Shown piece after piece: positions 17,972 through 29,000 of a stretch of 64,000 bases of DNA (its first letter is position 1; every line of letters starts with the position of its first letter). This DNA is from a virus. The DNA lies in the IMG/VR virus record IMGVR_UViG_3300042886_000261, positions 32,001-96,000 of that record. The stretch is one strand, 5' to 3'. A program made the translations under genes and the position numbers. Under the pieces are notes generated by a model. The model had not been told where the DNA came from. It saw nothing but the letters and a program-made list of their open reading frames with translations, and made no database searches.

Positions 17972-19147
17972 ATGAGTCAAGTTCAATTAAATGTAGAAGA
18001 ATTAAAAGGGTTTTTAAAACACATAGTTGGTAATAATCAATACATCCAAGCTGAAGGTAAAGTACCTGTTGCAATAAATGTAGAAGGTGATGCAGGTCTT
18101 GGAAAGACTTCAGCTGTTAAGCAATTAGCAATTGAAATGGGTATGAATATTATTAAATTAAATCTTTCACAGATTGAAGAGTTAGGTGATTTAATTGGTT
18201 TTCCATTTAAAGAATTTGAGATGGTTAGAGAAGATGGTGCTACTAAATGGGTTCAAGAATCTTTAATGGAAACTTATATTAAGAATAGATATAAACCTAC
18301 TAATAGTAGTAGAATGTCACATGCTGCTCCAGAATGGATACAAGGGCAAGGTGAAGGTGGTTTCTTGATTTTAGATGATTATACTAGAGCTGATCATAGA
18401 TTTATGCAAGCAACTATGGAGCTTATTGATCAGCAAGAATATATTTCTTGGAAATTGCCAAAGAACTGGCACATAATATTAACTTCAAATCCAGACAATG
18501 GAGATTATAATGTAACTGCATTAGATGTAGCTCAAAAGACTAGATTTATCTCAGTTGAAATTAAATTTGATATTAATGTATGGGCTAAGTGGGCTGAGCA
18601 AGTAGGAATTGATGGTAGATGTATCAATTTTATGTTGATGAATCCAGAAGTAGTAACTCAAAAAGTTAATCCAAGAGCTATTACTACTTTCTTTAATGCT
18701 ATTAGTTCTATTGAGAAGTTTGAAGAACAGTTACCGTTAATTCAAATGATTGGAGAAGGTTCAGTAGGACCTGAATTCTCTAGTATGTTCACTATGTTTA
18801 TTAATAACAAGATGGATAAAATTATATCTCCAGCTGATATTATGACTAATGTAAATGAAGCATATGTAGTTGGAGCATTAAATGGAGCAATAGGTACTGG
18901 AGATGAATTTAGAGCTGATATCAGTAGTATTATTACTACAAGACTTATAAATTATTCATTGACACATGCAGCTAATCATTCTATAAGTGATGCTATGATA
19001 AACAGATTAGTAAAACTTACTACAGACTGTGACGCATTCACTAATGATCTTAAATACTATTTAGTGAAAGAGTTACTAGCAGGCAATAAACCAAAATTTT
19101 CCAAGCTCATGATGAATCCACAAGTAGTGAAGATGGCTGTCAAATAG
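17972..19147 (+). CDS. MoxR-like AAA+ ATPase
   Basis: GDAGLGKT, ILDDYTRA, TSNP, RF, NPR; adjacent to the VWA gene. Confidence 0.85.
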   Translation: MSQVQLNVEELKGFLKHIVGNNQYIQAEGKVPVAINVEGDAGLGKTSAVKQLAIEMGMNIIKLNLSQIEELGDLIGFPFKEFEMVREDGATKWVQESLMETYIKNRYKPTNSSRMSHAAPEWIQGQGEGGFLILDDYTRADHRFMQATMELIDQQEYISWKLPKNWHIILTSNPDNGDYNVTALDVAQKTRFISVEIKFDINVWAKWAEQVGIDGRCINFMLMNPEVVTQKVNPRAITTFFNAISSIEKFEEQLPLIQMIGEGSVGPEFSSMFTMFINNKMDKIISPADIMTNVNEAYVVGALNGAIGTGDEFRADISSIITTRLINYSLTHAANHSISDAMINRLVKLTTDCDAFTNDLKYYLVKELLAGNKPKFSKLMMNPQVVKMAVK

Positions 19148-19204
19148 TAAAAGCATAAAACTGTTTCCCATAAAAAGGAGCATAAACACAATTAAAACAA
19201 ATAT

Positions 19205-19230
19205 AAAGCGGTGTAAAAGCCGCTTTTTTT
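19205..19230 (+). terminator. Intrinsic terminator
   Basis: AAAGCGGT-GTAAAA-GCCGCTTTTTTT. Confidence 0.8.
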
Positions 19231-19243
19231 AAAATTAAATTAT

Positions 19244-20497
19244 ATGAAAGAGACATTATTTATAGAGATGGAGATTGCAAATGGTGATTGGTATGATAAT
19301 CATGATATAAACTCTTTATCTTTTAGGTTTGATATAGATACTAAAATATGTGATTTTGATAATGTGAATGATAATAAAATATTTAACACAGTATCAACAG
19401 GTTATATACCTACATTAAATGATAAATTATATTTTGCAAAAGGAGTTAATATTCCAAGAGTAAAACTTAAAAATCTTGCAAAAGATTACAAAATTAAATC
19501 TACTACTAATTTAACAGATGCATCAGCAATTTTTGTTTCAGAAAATAGTAATTCAAAATACACAACTTGTCAATGGACATATACTGTTGATACTGTTGAG
19601 TTTAAACAATATTTTGAAAATTATTTAGCTTTAAACTTAGGTGATGATTATTATAATCAAAAAGTAATAGATGCATTAGAATTTTATACTGAAGAATCAA
19701 TTGGAGTTTCATATAATACAAGAGGTTTTCTTGAAAGTTCACATATTCCATTTAGATTAACATCTGGTACTAGTTATTCTTCTAAAAGATATAATAAAAT
19801 ACAAGATGAATATCTTAGTGCTTATAATGAAATAAATAATTCAACTCTACCAGTATATGATGAATCAGAATTACTAAAACACCTTAATGGAAATGAGGCA
19901 TTAGGTATTGATTCTGATATGTATGATAGCTTGTGTGAAATGTTTAATAGTTCTGATACTGATAATCACACAATGGCTATGGAAATCATGGCTAATTCAA
20001 ATTTTGAAGACAGTGTGTTATATCTTAGTTTACTATTTTATTCATACTCTGGTCAAATGCAGCAATGTAGAAGTAAAGGACATGTAAATTTTAAATCATT
20101 ATTATCTCTAATGACATTACCAAGTTCATATTTTAGAATGAATATTGATGATGTTATGGATAAACTGAAAAAGCATAAACAATTAACTAAAGAAAATGTT
20201 GACATAGTGCTAAAGCTCCACGGGGATGATATAACTGATGGAGGTAATTCTTTATATTTTAGAGTAAAAACTATTACTTTATGTACTGAATATCTTGAAG
20301 TTATGGATTTTAATTATACTTTTGTAGTGCAAGAAGATTTTGTTGCATCATCCCCAGAAATTGAATTACCTGATTTAGAAGAAGAAGCAGTTGTTGCATC
20401 TATTGCAACAGAACCTGAAAAGATAGATAAAGTCTTAATTGACTTTGATAATGTGAATCTAGAATTAAAAACAAACACTGATGGCTATTTCTTATAA
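19244..20497 (+). CDS. Hypothetical protein with possible BRCT-like N-terminal domain
   Basis: KLYF.KG..IPR.KLK.L.....K.T..L..A..IFV resembles a BRCT pattern. C-terminal half is shared with 16371..16778. Confidence 0.55.
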   Translation: MKETLFIEMEIANGDWYDNHDINSLSFRFDIDTKICDFDNVNDNKIFNTVSTGYIPTLNDKLYFAKGVNIPRVKLKNLAKDYKIKSTTNLTDASAIFVSENSNSKYTTCQWTYTVDTVEFKQYFENYLALNLGDDYYNQKVIDALEFYTEESIGVSYNTRGFLESSHIPFRLTSGTSYSSKRYNKIQDEYLSAYNEINNSTLPVYDESELLKHLNGNEALGIDSDMYDSLCEMFNSSDTDNHTMAMEIMANSNFEDSVLYLSLLFYSYSGQMQQCRSKGHVNFKSLLSLMTLPSSYFRMNIDDVMDKLKKHKQLTKENVDIVLKLHGDDITDGGNSLYFRVKTITLCTEYLEVMDFNYTFVVQEDFVASSPEIELPDLEEEAVVASIATEPEKIDKVLIDFDNVNLELKTNTDGYFL

Positions 20498-21488
20498 TGA
20501 AGAATTAAATCAATTTTATAATAGTGACTTTTATTTTAGTTACTCAAGTATTAATAAGCTGCTGTATTCACCGGCAGCTTTTTATAGACACTATATCTTA
20601 AATCAAAGAGAAGATATGGTTGATGCTCATTTAGTAGCAGGGAAAGTAGTACATTGTTTACTACTTGAACCAAAGAATTTTGATAAAGAATTCATAGTAA
20701 TACCTGGTAATCTTCCAAAAGATAACAACAGGTTATTAGTAGATGAAGTCTTTAAGGTTTATCAATCACAACCTGATACTGATTTAACATTAACTGATTT
20801 CTCTGATTCAATAATTGATGTACTTGCAGGTATTAACTTGTATCAGTCATTAAAAAATGATGAAGGTAGAATTGCAAAAATGACAACTGAACAGAATATG
20901 CAGTACTTTGAATTTTTAAAAGTAAAGCAAGGTAAAACTATTGTGGATCAAACCACACTAGACACAGCAAAAGAATCTGTAGAGTTATTAAGAAAGCATC
21001 CAATTGTGAGTGAGTTGATGCAACTTAATGGTGATATAGATGAGAATGTTAAGATCTTTAATGAAGAAGGTGTACAGATAAAATCAAGTAAGTATAAATT
21101 TGGTTTTAAAGGTATCTTAGATAATGTAGTCATGGACTATAATACTAAGACTTTATTTATTAATGACTTAAAAACAACTGGTAAACCTATTCAGGATTTT
21201 CCAGACTCAGTGCAATATTATAAATATTGGATACAGGCCGTCATGTATAAACAGTTGAGTTTGGGTAAATATCTTAAAGGTTTACCTGATATGGCTGAAT
21301 GGAAAATTGTTATTACTTTTATTGTGATTGATAAAGCTAATTTAATTTATCCTTTTCAAGTATCAACAGAAACATTAAAGGTGTGGGAAGAAAATTTTAA
21401 AGAGATATTGACAGTTGTAGACTATCATTATACTAATAAGGATTTTACTCTTCCATATCAATTAGCAACCGGTAATGTAAAACTATAA
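20481..21488 (+). CDS. PD-(D/E)XK exonuclease (RecE/ExoVIII, DUF3799-like)
   Basis: SYSSINKL, G..VH..LLEP, KGILD, DLKTT, Y.IQ...Y. Confidence 0.85.
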   Translation: MAISYNEELNQFYNSDFYFSYSSINKLLYSPAAFYRHYILNQREDMVDAHLVAGKVVHCLLLEPKNFDKEFIVIPGNLPKDNNRLLVDEVFKVYQSQPDTDLTLTDFSDSIIDVLAGINLYQSLKNDEGRIAKMTTEQNMQYFEFLKVKQGKTIVDQTTLDTAKESVELLRKHPIVSELMQLNGDIDENVKIFNEEGVQIKSSKYKFGFKGILDNVVMDYNTKTLFINDLKTTGKPIQDFPDSVQYYKYWIQAVMYKQLSLGKYLKGLPDMAEWKIVITFIVIDKANLIYPFQVSTETLKVWEENFKEILTVVDYHYTNKDFTLPYQLATGNVKL

Positions 21489-21493
21489 CAATT

Positions 21494-22063
21494 ATGAGTA
21501 TTAGTGCGCTTTATAAAAATTACTTTCAAAAATCCAAGATATTTGTATATCCACTCTTGGGCATTAAAAAAGGTTCAAGTGTTACTCCAGTTCAAACATA
21601 TTTTGGCTGGAATGATTATGTAAAACCTGAGGATATGAAATTAGTAGCAATTTTTCATGAAAGAAAAGATCAAGATTATCTGAATTTTGAGAAAAATGTA
21701 CTATTAAAACACAATAGACTAAGTGATTATATTAAACTGAATGATACTGAGGTATTATATACATTTGATTTTTCTGACATGAAAGATGATTGGATGCATT
21801 TAATCAATGGTAAATACAGTAAGATGAATCCTACAGTTAAGCGCAAAATAAGAGACCATTTTGATAAGAATGGCAGCAATTTCATGTATATGGATAGTTT
21901 TTTATTTCCTGAAAAGTATTTTAATATTTATTCTGAGTTACTTGGTATATCAGAAGAGACATTAAGAGATGTAGGAGAATTATGTACTATACCAGACATG
22001 GAAAAAGAAATATTAATAGTAAATGTAGAAGAATTACAAAAGTTAAATAAAGATTTAAAATAA
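21494..22063 (+). CDS. Hypothetical phage protein
   Basis: 189-aa ORF (F.YPLLG...GKYSK). Confidence 0.7.
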   Translation: MSISALYKNYFQKSKIFVYPLLGIKKGSSVTPVQTYFGWNDYVKPEDMKLVAIFHERKDQDYLNFEKNVLLKHNRLSDYIKLNDTEVLYTFDFSDMKDDWMHLINGKYSKMNPTVKRKIRDHFDKNGSNFMYMDSFLFPEKYFNIYSELLGISEETLRDVGELCTIPDMEKEILIVNVEELQKLNKDLK

Positions 22064-22068
22064 AAATT

Positions 22069-22455
22069 ATGACAGGAGAAAACACAATGACATTAATTAG
22101 TTCAGAATGGAATGGTCACAGTACATTTAGAATGATACCAGTATCTAATGATTCACCTTATGTAGAATGTATTTATGATTTGACATCAGGGTTATTTGTT
22201 ATTATAGGTAAAGTAACTAAAACTACATTACACATGTTACCAAAACTAGATGAAAATGGAGACCCTACTGCTACTAAAGCATTGAGACCTAATGGTAGAA
22301 ATGTAAAAGAAGAAAGAGTGTCAAGTGAAACATTTCAAGAGTACTACTTAGATAACAAGTTAGATATTAAAAATCTTATTAACTTTATAGGTATTAATTC
22401 TAAAGAGTTTGACTTTCAGACTACACTTGATAAAGCAGTACAACCTGCAAAATAA
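22069..22455 (+). CDS. Hypothetical phage protein
   Basis: 128-aa ORF upstream of the polymerase. Confidence 0.7.
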   Translation: MTGENTMTLISSEWNGHSTFRMIPVSNDSPYVECIYDLTSGLFVIIGKVTKTTLHMLPKLDENGDPTATKALRPNGRNVKEERVSSETFQEYYLDNKLDIKNLINFIGINSKEFDFQTTLDKAVQPAK

Positions 22456-22465
22456 TTAAATAATT

Positions 22466-22498
22466 CACAGAGTGTCATTACTGATGCTCTGTGTTTTT
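22466..22498 (+). terminator. Intrinsic terminator/hairpin
   Basis: CACAGAGTGTCA-TTAC-TGATGCTCTGTG-TTTTT. Confidence 0.8.
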
Positions 22499-22535
22499 AA
22501 CTAAATAGGGGAAACAGCTTAACTGAATAATAAAT

Positions 22536-24536
22536 ATGGGAGAGATTACAAAAACACATTGGGTCATGGACCTAGAAACTCTTAGCAATTGCTTTATAGC
22601 TTGTTTTGAAAGTGTTAAATCAGATGAAAGATATGTATTTGTAATGCATGATTTACAGAATGACTGGGATGAGTTTATTGCATTTTTAGAAAGAAATATA
22701 TTATATGATGAATGGCATGTATCTTATAATGGATTAGGATTTGATGGTCAGATAACTGAATATATAATTCAGAATGCTGAAAGTTTATCTTATATGTCAG
22801 GTAGTGAGATTGCAGAATGGGTTTACAGTAAAGCACAACATGTAATCAATAAGCAAAGTAATGGAGAATTTCTAGATTTTTATGAAAAGACTATGAGTGT
22901 TAAGCAAGTAGATGTCTTTAAGTTAAATCATTGGGATAATCCTGCTAAAAGAAGCTCACTAAAGTGGATTCAGTATAGTATGGATTGGGAAAGCATACAG
23001 GATATGCCTATACACCATACTACCAAAGTGACCACATTTGATCAGATTGATGAGATAATTGGTTATTGTTGGAATGATGTAAAGTCAACTAAGCGTATAA
23101 TGATGCTTAGTAAAAGTCAAATTGCTTTAAGGAAAACATTAACTGAGGAGTATAATATTCCTTTATTCAGTGCATCTGAGCCAAGAATTAGTAAAGAGTT
23201 ATTTTTACATTTCTTGAGTGAGAGTACTGGTATTAAAAAGTATGACTTAAGACAATTAAGAACTAAAAGAGAAAGTATTACAGTAAAAGATATAATACTT
23301 GATTATACTGAATTTAAAACTGCAACATTTCAAAAACTATTAACAAGATTTAATGAAATAATTGTATATCCAGAAAACACAAAAGGAGGATTTAAATATA
23401 GTCTGAACTATAAAGGTGTTAAAACTGATTTTGGTTTAGGTGGTATTCATGGTGCAAGGAAGAGTGGTATATATGAGTCTAGTAAGGATGTTATTATTAT
23501 GTCAAGTGATGTAGTATCATATTATCCCAACTTAGCAATCAGAAATGGTTGGTCTCCAGCACATTTACCAAAAGCAGAATTTTGTGAGTTATATGAATGG
23601 TTCTTTAATGAAAGAAAAAAGATAAGTAAAAAAGATGTAAGGAATTATGTATATAAGATTATTCTTAATTCAACTTATGGATTAAGTAATGATGCTAATA
23701 GTTTTCTGTATGACCCAGAGTTTACTATGCAAATTACAATTAATGGCCAGTTAAGTTTATGCATGCTATATGAGATGATATGTGAGGAGATTCCTGATGC
23801 ATATCCTTTGATGCAAAATACTGATGGTCTAGAAACTATTATACCTAGAGAATATCAAGATAAGTATCTAGAGATTTGCAATAGATGGGAAAAGATAACT
23901 AATCTTCAATTAGAACATGATACTTATAGTAAAATGATTCTTGGAGATGTAAATAACTACATAGCAATACATGATTATAAACTTGTTGATAAAGATAGAT
24001 ATAATGAAATGAAGCAAGAGAATCCGCATTATCTTTTTAAAGAAGGAAATGGTACGTTCTATTATGCTGCAACTAAGTGTAAAGGTAGATTTGAGTTTAA
24101 TAATCTGGCCTTACATAAGAATAAAAGTTTTTTAATTATACCAAGAGCAATATATTATCATTTTGTACACGGTATTAAACCTGAAGCTTTTCTACTTACT
24201 CAGACTAATGTGTATGATTATTGTGGAGGAGTTAAGATAAAAGGTGACTGGGAATTTATTGAAGAAAAAATAGAAATGTCTGAATATTCAGCTACAAAAC
24301 TACAGCAGACTATTAGATATTATATATCTGAGAAAGGGTCTAAAATTATTAAGACAAATAAAACTGATGGTAGAAAGATACAAGTTGAAAGTGGTAAGTG
24401 GATGCAAACTGTATTCATTAACTATGTAGAGAAACCTTTTGATGAATATTTAATTAATAAGCAATTCTATTTACAGAAAATCAATAAAGAAATTAACCAG
24501 TTAGCACCAAATAGTAATCAATTAAAATTATTTTAA
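22536..24536 (+). CDS. Family B DNA polymerase with 3'-5' exonuclease
   Basis: ExoI DLE, ExoII YN..FD, ExoIII YC.ND; motif A DVVSYYP, motif B KIILNSTYG, motif C NTDG. Confidence 0.92.
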   Translation: MGEITKTHWVMDLETLSNCFIACFESVKSDERYVFVMHDLQNDWDEFIAFLERNILYDEWHVSYNGLGFDGQITEYIIQNAESLSYMSGSEIAEWVYSKAQHVINKQSNGEFLDFYEKTMSVKQVDVFKLNHWDNPAKRSSLKWIQYSMDWESIQDMPIHHTTKVTTFDQIDEIIGYCWNDVKSTKRIMMLSKSQIALRKTLTEEYNIPLFSASEPRISKELFLHFLSESTGIKKYDLRQLRTKRESITVKDIILDYTEFKTATFQKLLTRFNEIIVYPENTKGGFKYSLNYKGVKTDFGLGGIHGARKSGIYESSKDVIIMSSDVVSYYPNLAIRNGWSPAHLPKAEFCELYEWFFNERKKISKKDVRNYVYKIILNSTYGLSNDANSFLYDPEFTMQITINGQLSLCMLYEMICEEIPDAYPLMQNTDGLETIIPREYQDKYLEICNRWEKITNLQLEHDTYSKMILGDVNNYIAIHDYKLVDKDRYNEMKQENPHYLFKEGNGTFYYAATKCKGRFEFNNLALHKNKSFLIIPRAIYYHFVHGIKPEAFLLTQTNVYDYCGGVKIKGDWEFIEEKIEMSEYSATKLQQTIRYYISEKGSKIIKTNKTDGRKIQVESGKWMQTVFINYVEKPFDEYLINKQFYLQKINKEINQLAPNSNQLKLF

Positions 24537-24537
24537 A

Positions 24538-25728
24538 ATGGCAATAAGAACTAAAGACTGCACAAAAGAATATTTAACTAGTGTAGCATTACCAAATCAT
24601 GCAGAGTCATATACTGTTATCTCACATGAATTTATTATTAATCATACCATGGAGCAATTAACTCTCCATGGTTTTACTGTAGAGAAAGAGACATACAGAT
24701 CTAATTCTGATGGCTCTATTGCTCAAGGCATATATTATATTAACTATGATAAAGATCCTGAGATAGGATTAATGTTTGCATGGTCTAATAGTTATAATAA
24801 ACTAATGAGATTTAAGTGTGCAATGGGAGGTTATGTATTTATATGTATGAATGGTATAGTATCCGGAGATATGGGTTCATATGGAAGAAAACATCTTGGA
24901 ACTGCAGACACTGAAACTGTCAAAGCAATCATTGAGCAAATTAGTAATGCAGATATATACTTTGACAGAATTGTAGCTGATAAAGATACAATGAAGAAAA
25001 TTACTATTACTGAAAGAAAACAAGCTGAATTATTGGGTATATTATACGCAGAGTATGAACTTCTTACTAATGAGCAGATAAGTATTGTAAAACAACAAAT
25101 GGATAAACCAAGTTATGACTACAACTGTGAGATAAATTCATTGTGGGCATTCTATAATCATGTTACTTATGCATTGAAAAAATCACATCCTAGAGACTGG
25201 ATGGATGACCAGAGAAAATTTCACTGGTTTGTTGCATTTGAATTTGATTTAGCTAACTTTATTGAAGGTGCTGAATTAGTTCCTGTAGATCAATTAGAGT
25301 TAAACTATGGGCAACCTGAGAATCAGTTAAATATTCTTACTGAAATAGAAAAAGCTGAAGAAGAAGCTGAGTTATTACAAGTTGTTGAAGAAAGAGAAAA
25401 AGCTGAAAGAGATGTTGTATGGTATGAGGATCCAGCAGGTAATACTTTTGAAGCACCTATAGTAGAAACTCAAGTAGAAAGACTATCTTTAGATGATATT
25501 ATTATCAGGATACCAAATGCTGAGAAAAAAGCACTTGAAGCAACACTTGAAGTAGAAGAGGTTAAACCTGCTGAAGCTAAAGAACTTATACAGTTACAAG
25601 AAAAGTTAGATAAAAGAGAAATTGAAGTTATAGCAAAAAATATATTAGATGATGATGATTTTAATTTTGATCTTGATTTTGATGATGCTAATAAAGATGA
25701 CACATTAGGAGGAGAATTCTTCTTATAA
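24538..25728 (+). CDS. DUF932/DUF945-like protein with long acidic tail
   Basis: Y..ISH...NSY.K...F....G.YVF.C.NG...KH.G...SLW.FYN..T. Confidence 0.7.
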   Translation: MAIRTKDCTKEYLTSVALPNHAESYTVISHEFIINHTMEQLTLHGFTVEKETYRSNSDGSIAQGIYYINYDKDPEIGLMFAWSNSYNKLMRFKCAMGGYVFICMNGIVSGDMGSYGRKHLGTADTETVKAIIEQISNADIYFDRIVADKDTMKKITITERKQAELLGILYAEYELLTNEQISIVKQQMDKPSYDYNCEINSLWAFYNHVTYALKKSHPRDWMDDQRKFHWFVAFEFDLANFIEGAELVPVDQLELNYGQPENQLNILTEIEKAEEEAELLQVVEEREKAERDVVWYEDPAGNTFEAPIVETQVERLSLDDIIIRIPNAEKKALEATLEVEEVKPAEAKELIQLQEKLDKREIEVIAKNILDDDDFNFDLDFDDANKDDTLGGEFFL

Positions 25729-25772
25729 AGACACTTGCTCCAAGGGAGTATAGTTAAACAAATATATCAATT

Positions 25773-25800
25773 AAGGGATGCAGAAATGTGTCCCTTTTTT
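25773..25800 (+). terminator. Terminator of the + strand block
   Basis: AAGGGATGC-AGAAAT-GTGTCCCTTTTTT. Confidence 0.8.
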
Positions 25801-25837
25801 AAACTTGATATATTTAAATTAAAAAGATTTAAACTTA

Positions 25838-25872
25838 TAGGAGAGGGCCACAACGGCTCTCTCCTTTTTTTT
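25838..25872. terminator. Second terminator at the convergence point
   Basis: AGGAGAGGGCC-ACAAC-GGCTCTCTCCT-TTTTTTT. Confidence 0.8.
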
Positions 25873-25873
25873 C

Positions 25874-26008
25874 CTACTTGCCTTGACCTCTATATCCTTT
25901 TTTATAGAGCTTTGATTTCTTAAGCTTAGATGTACCATTCTTAGAGTGTACACCTGGTCTTGATACTTTTGCTGAAGTACCTGCACTTCCTGTTGCTTTA
26001 TTAGCCAT
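25874..26008 (-). CDS. 44-aa basic protein ending YRGQGK (not in ORF track)
   Basis: MANKATGSAGTSAKVSRPGVHSKNGTSKLKKSKLYKKGYRGQGK*; starts 7 nt after the preceding gene. Confidence 0.75.
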   Translation of the reverse strand: MANKATGSAGTSAKVSRPGVHSKNGTSKLKKSKLYKKGYRGQGK

Positions 26009-26015
26009 TGTTAAT

Positions 26016-29000
26016 TTATTTTAATAGTGTAGATTTGAATGATTTAACTGCTGCTTCTGGAGTAAAGTTATATCCAGAGAAACCCATTAGTTTAAGAAAG
26101 TATGCCCAAGATTTATTATCACCTTTATTCCATACACCTTCTTTTCTTTGATAATTTAATTTTTCAGGATCCCATGTTAGGAAAAATTGACTAACAAATT
26201 TTGTCATTCTTTCTACTGTACTAACCATAGCTGATGGAGATTTAACAGTACGGTAAGCATCTTGAGGAGATATATATGCTGCAGTCTCAGATTGCATTCT
26301 AGATAATTCATATAGCATAAAGTTATATGCATATCCTTTTTTCTCATCATCATCATCACCAAATGCATGCATTAATAACATTATAAAAGCAGTTGTTCCA
26401 AATATGATTACTGTTTCAGCCATTACTCTTTTAATTTGTGCTTTTTCAAAAGGAGTATATGTTGACCAGTTCTGCATCATGTTAAGTTTCATTTTAGATA
26501 AATCTTTTAACATTGTATTATAAAAAGTCATATAGTAACCTTCAGTTACAGCACCAAGTTCTTGATCTGCTTTAAGTCTTCCCCATCTTCTTTTATAACC
26601 AGGTAAAAGATGTTTTCTATACATGATAGCTAATCTACCTACTGAATATCTTTGTGCTGTACCTTTATCAAATTCATTATAAACCCCGTGTAATTTTTTA
26701 CTTATTGCATGTATTCTATCTTGTAAATCAAGTTTCTTTTTATTAGTAAAATCTGTATTTTTTTCAATTTCTTCAAGACCATATTTAGTATATGCTTCTA
26801 AAAGAGAAATTGTTTCTCCAGTATTAGTATCAGTAACTTTAGTTGCTTCCATTAATGCAAACATTGCAGATACTTGTATCTCATGCTCACCAAAATGCTG
26901 ATTAAAGAATAGTGTATCAGTTCTCATTAACTTAGCAAATACACTACCTGAAACATTTTTACCATACTGATCCTTATAGTTACCTTGTAATGCATCATAA
27001 TGATTTACAAGATTACCTACTAGTGATTCAGCTGTTGGTTTACCAAAATCAGAAAGAAATGAGGTTAAGTTTTTTGCATAATACAATTTACCTTTTCTTA
27101 AATCTTTTTTGCTAAAAAATTCAGATGAGTTAGCTTCAATAATTAATTGGATATTACCTTGTAAATTATTTGCCATACCTTTAAGTAAATCTGCAGCAAT
27201 ACTTGTTATAGCAGAATAACCTAATGCAAGATTTGTTAATTTACCCATAGAGTAATTCCCAAGTATCTCAGCATTTTGCATTTCATTATATAATTGCATA
27301 TTTATAAATGCATCAACATGTCTTTTAGAATTTGCTTCACCTTGTTTTTTAATATTAGATTTAATTCCAAGTTTATTTGCAAGAGAATCTAATACAGCAA
27401 CACCTTTAGAATTAGTTTCAGCAACTTCTCTATCTCCTATTATAGCTTTAAACATTGATGTTTCTGCTGAGATATTATTTACTGCTTCATATTTATTTGC
27501 CATTTGAGAGTAAAGTTCTACAGATCTTATTAAATCTAAACTTACTTCATCAGCATCCATATCTTGAGTGTAGTATACAGGTATAAACTTTGCACCTTCA
27601 TCAGCTAAATTTGAAAGATTAAAATCAGTTTCATCACCTCTTATAGATGTCACATCTTTAATTTTATCTTTTATAACACTTTTAATACTACTTCTTTCTA
27701 TACTACGTTTATGTATTGATGGTAATATATAACCTCTTTTTTGAGCATCAGGTACCTTTTCTTGAGCATCAAGATATAGATTTAATAAAAATGAATGATA
27801 TTCCCCTTTAGCATTTTTAGGTTTATCATTTTTATCATATAGTGCTTCCCATTTTTTATTAAGATACATATCAGCTGGCTCACTAAATTCTTTCATATAA
27901 ATCTTAGTACCATCTTTTTTAATCTGTAAAACAGATTTATGCCATTTATCATAATCCTCTTGATTCCAAATACCATTATTTACTAATTTATTTTTTTCAA
28001 GCAGAATCTTATCAATTTCCTCATCACTTTTCTTTTGTGCATTTTTAGCATACCAGTCTCTTAATATAGTAGATTTATTTGCTTCAAAATTAGAGTTTGC
28101 TATTATTTCTGCATCAGTTGGATTAGGTCCTAATTTAGTAGCACTATATAATTTATTTTGTGCTTCATTATATTTATTAATATCATATTTTTGTACAAAA
28201 GCCATTCTTTTAGTAATTGTTGGCTCACCATTATTATTTTTACCATGAGATATTAATTCTTCATATAATCCTTCATTAAATTTAGCTGGAGTATCTCTAC
28301 TTTCTGATTGACTATCTTTATATTTTGTAAATTGCTTACCTGCAAGTTTTGCTATATCTATATCTAATTGTCTTGCTCCTTCAAATTCTGTTTTAATAGC
28401 TTTTGCAAATAACCCTAGTGAAGCATCTTCATTAGATATTAATGGGCCAAACCAAAATTCTAAAGCACCTTCATCTCTAGATGCAAATTTTAACAATTCT
28501 TCCATTGACTCTTGAGTCTGTGTAAAAGATTGAAATTTAGCAATTCTTTCTGTTATAGCCTTAATTTTTTTATCATTAGGTTTTGCAGATGTTTTTTCAG
28601 CTTCTAATTTTTTTACTAATTCAACTAATTCTTTATTGATTGCATCATCTATACTTAGTGATTTATAATTAAGTAAAAATGAGGCCATTAAAGGTATACC
28701 TTGTTTTATATATTGTTCTTTAACTGCTTTTCTTATTGAAATTGCATCTGTCAACATTTCTCTTATAGTCTTACCTGTTTTTTCAGAGACTTCTTCTTCT
28801 CCTTCTTTTGCAGTAAAGAAACTATATATGTCAGCTTTAGAGATTTCATCAAGAATATTATAACTATTAGCAAAAGTATTTAAATTAGTAAGTTCAACAA
28901 TTCTATCTTTTTTAAACTTATCTGTACCATCATCTTTTTTATTAATGATAGCTTTCATTAATTTTTCAATTTCTAAAGCTTTATCATAGCTGTCTTTAAC

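Noticed and set aside
9186-24536. Inteins or introns in DnaB, primase or PolB
   Set aside because: Proteins have normal length and contiguous motifs, with no splice-junction signatures
1115-25703. Minus-strand or alternate-frame ORFs in the early block (1115, 1378, 3739, 7643, 10019, 10482, 14020, 15156, 15401, 15728, 17289, 20948, 25470)
   Set aside because: Shadows of well-supported + genes, mostly with S/L/I/F-rich antisense composition
25735-25923. 62-aa + strand ORF
   Set aside because: Runs across two terminators and overlaps the real minus-strand basic peptide gene
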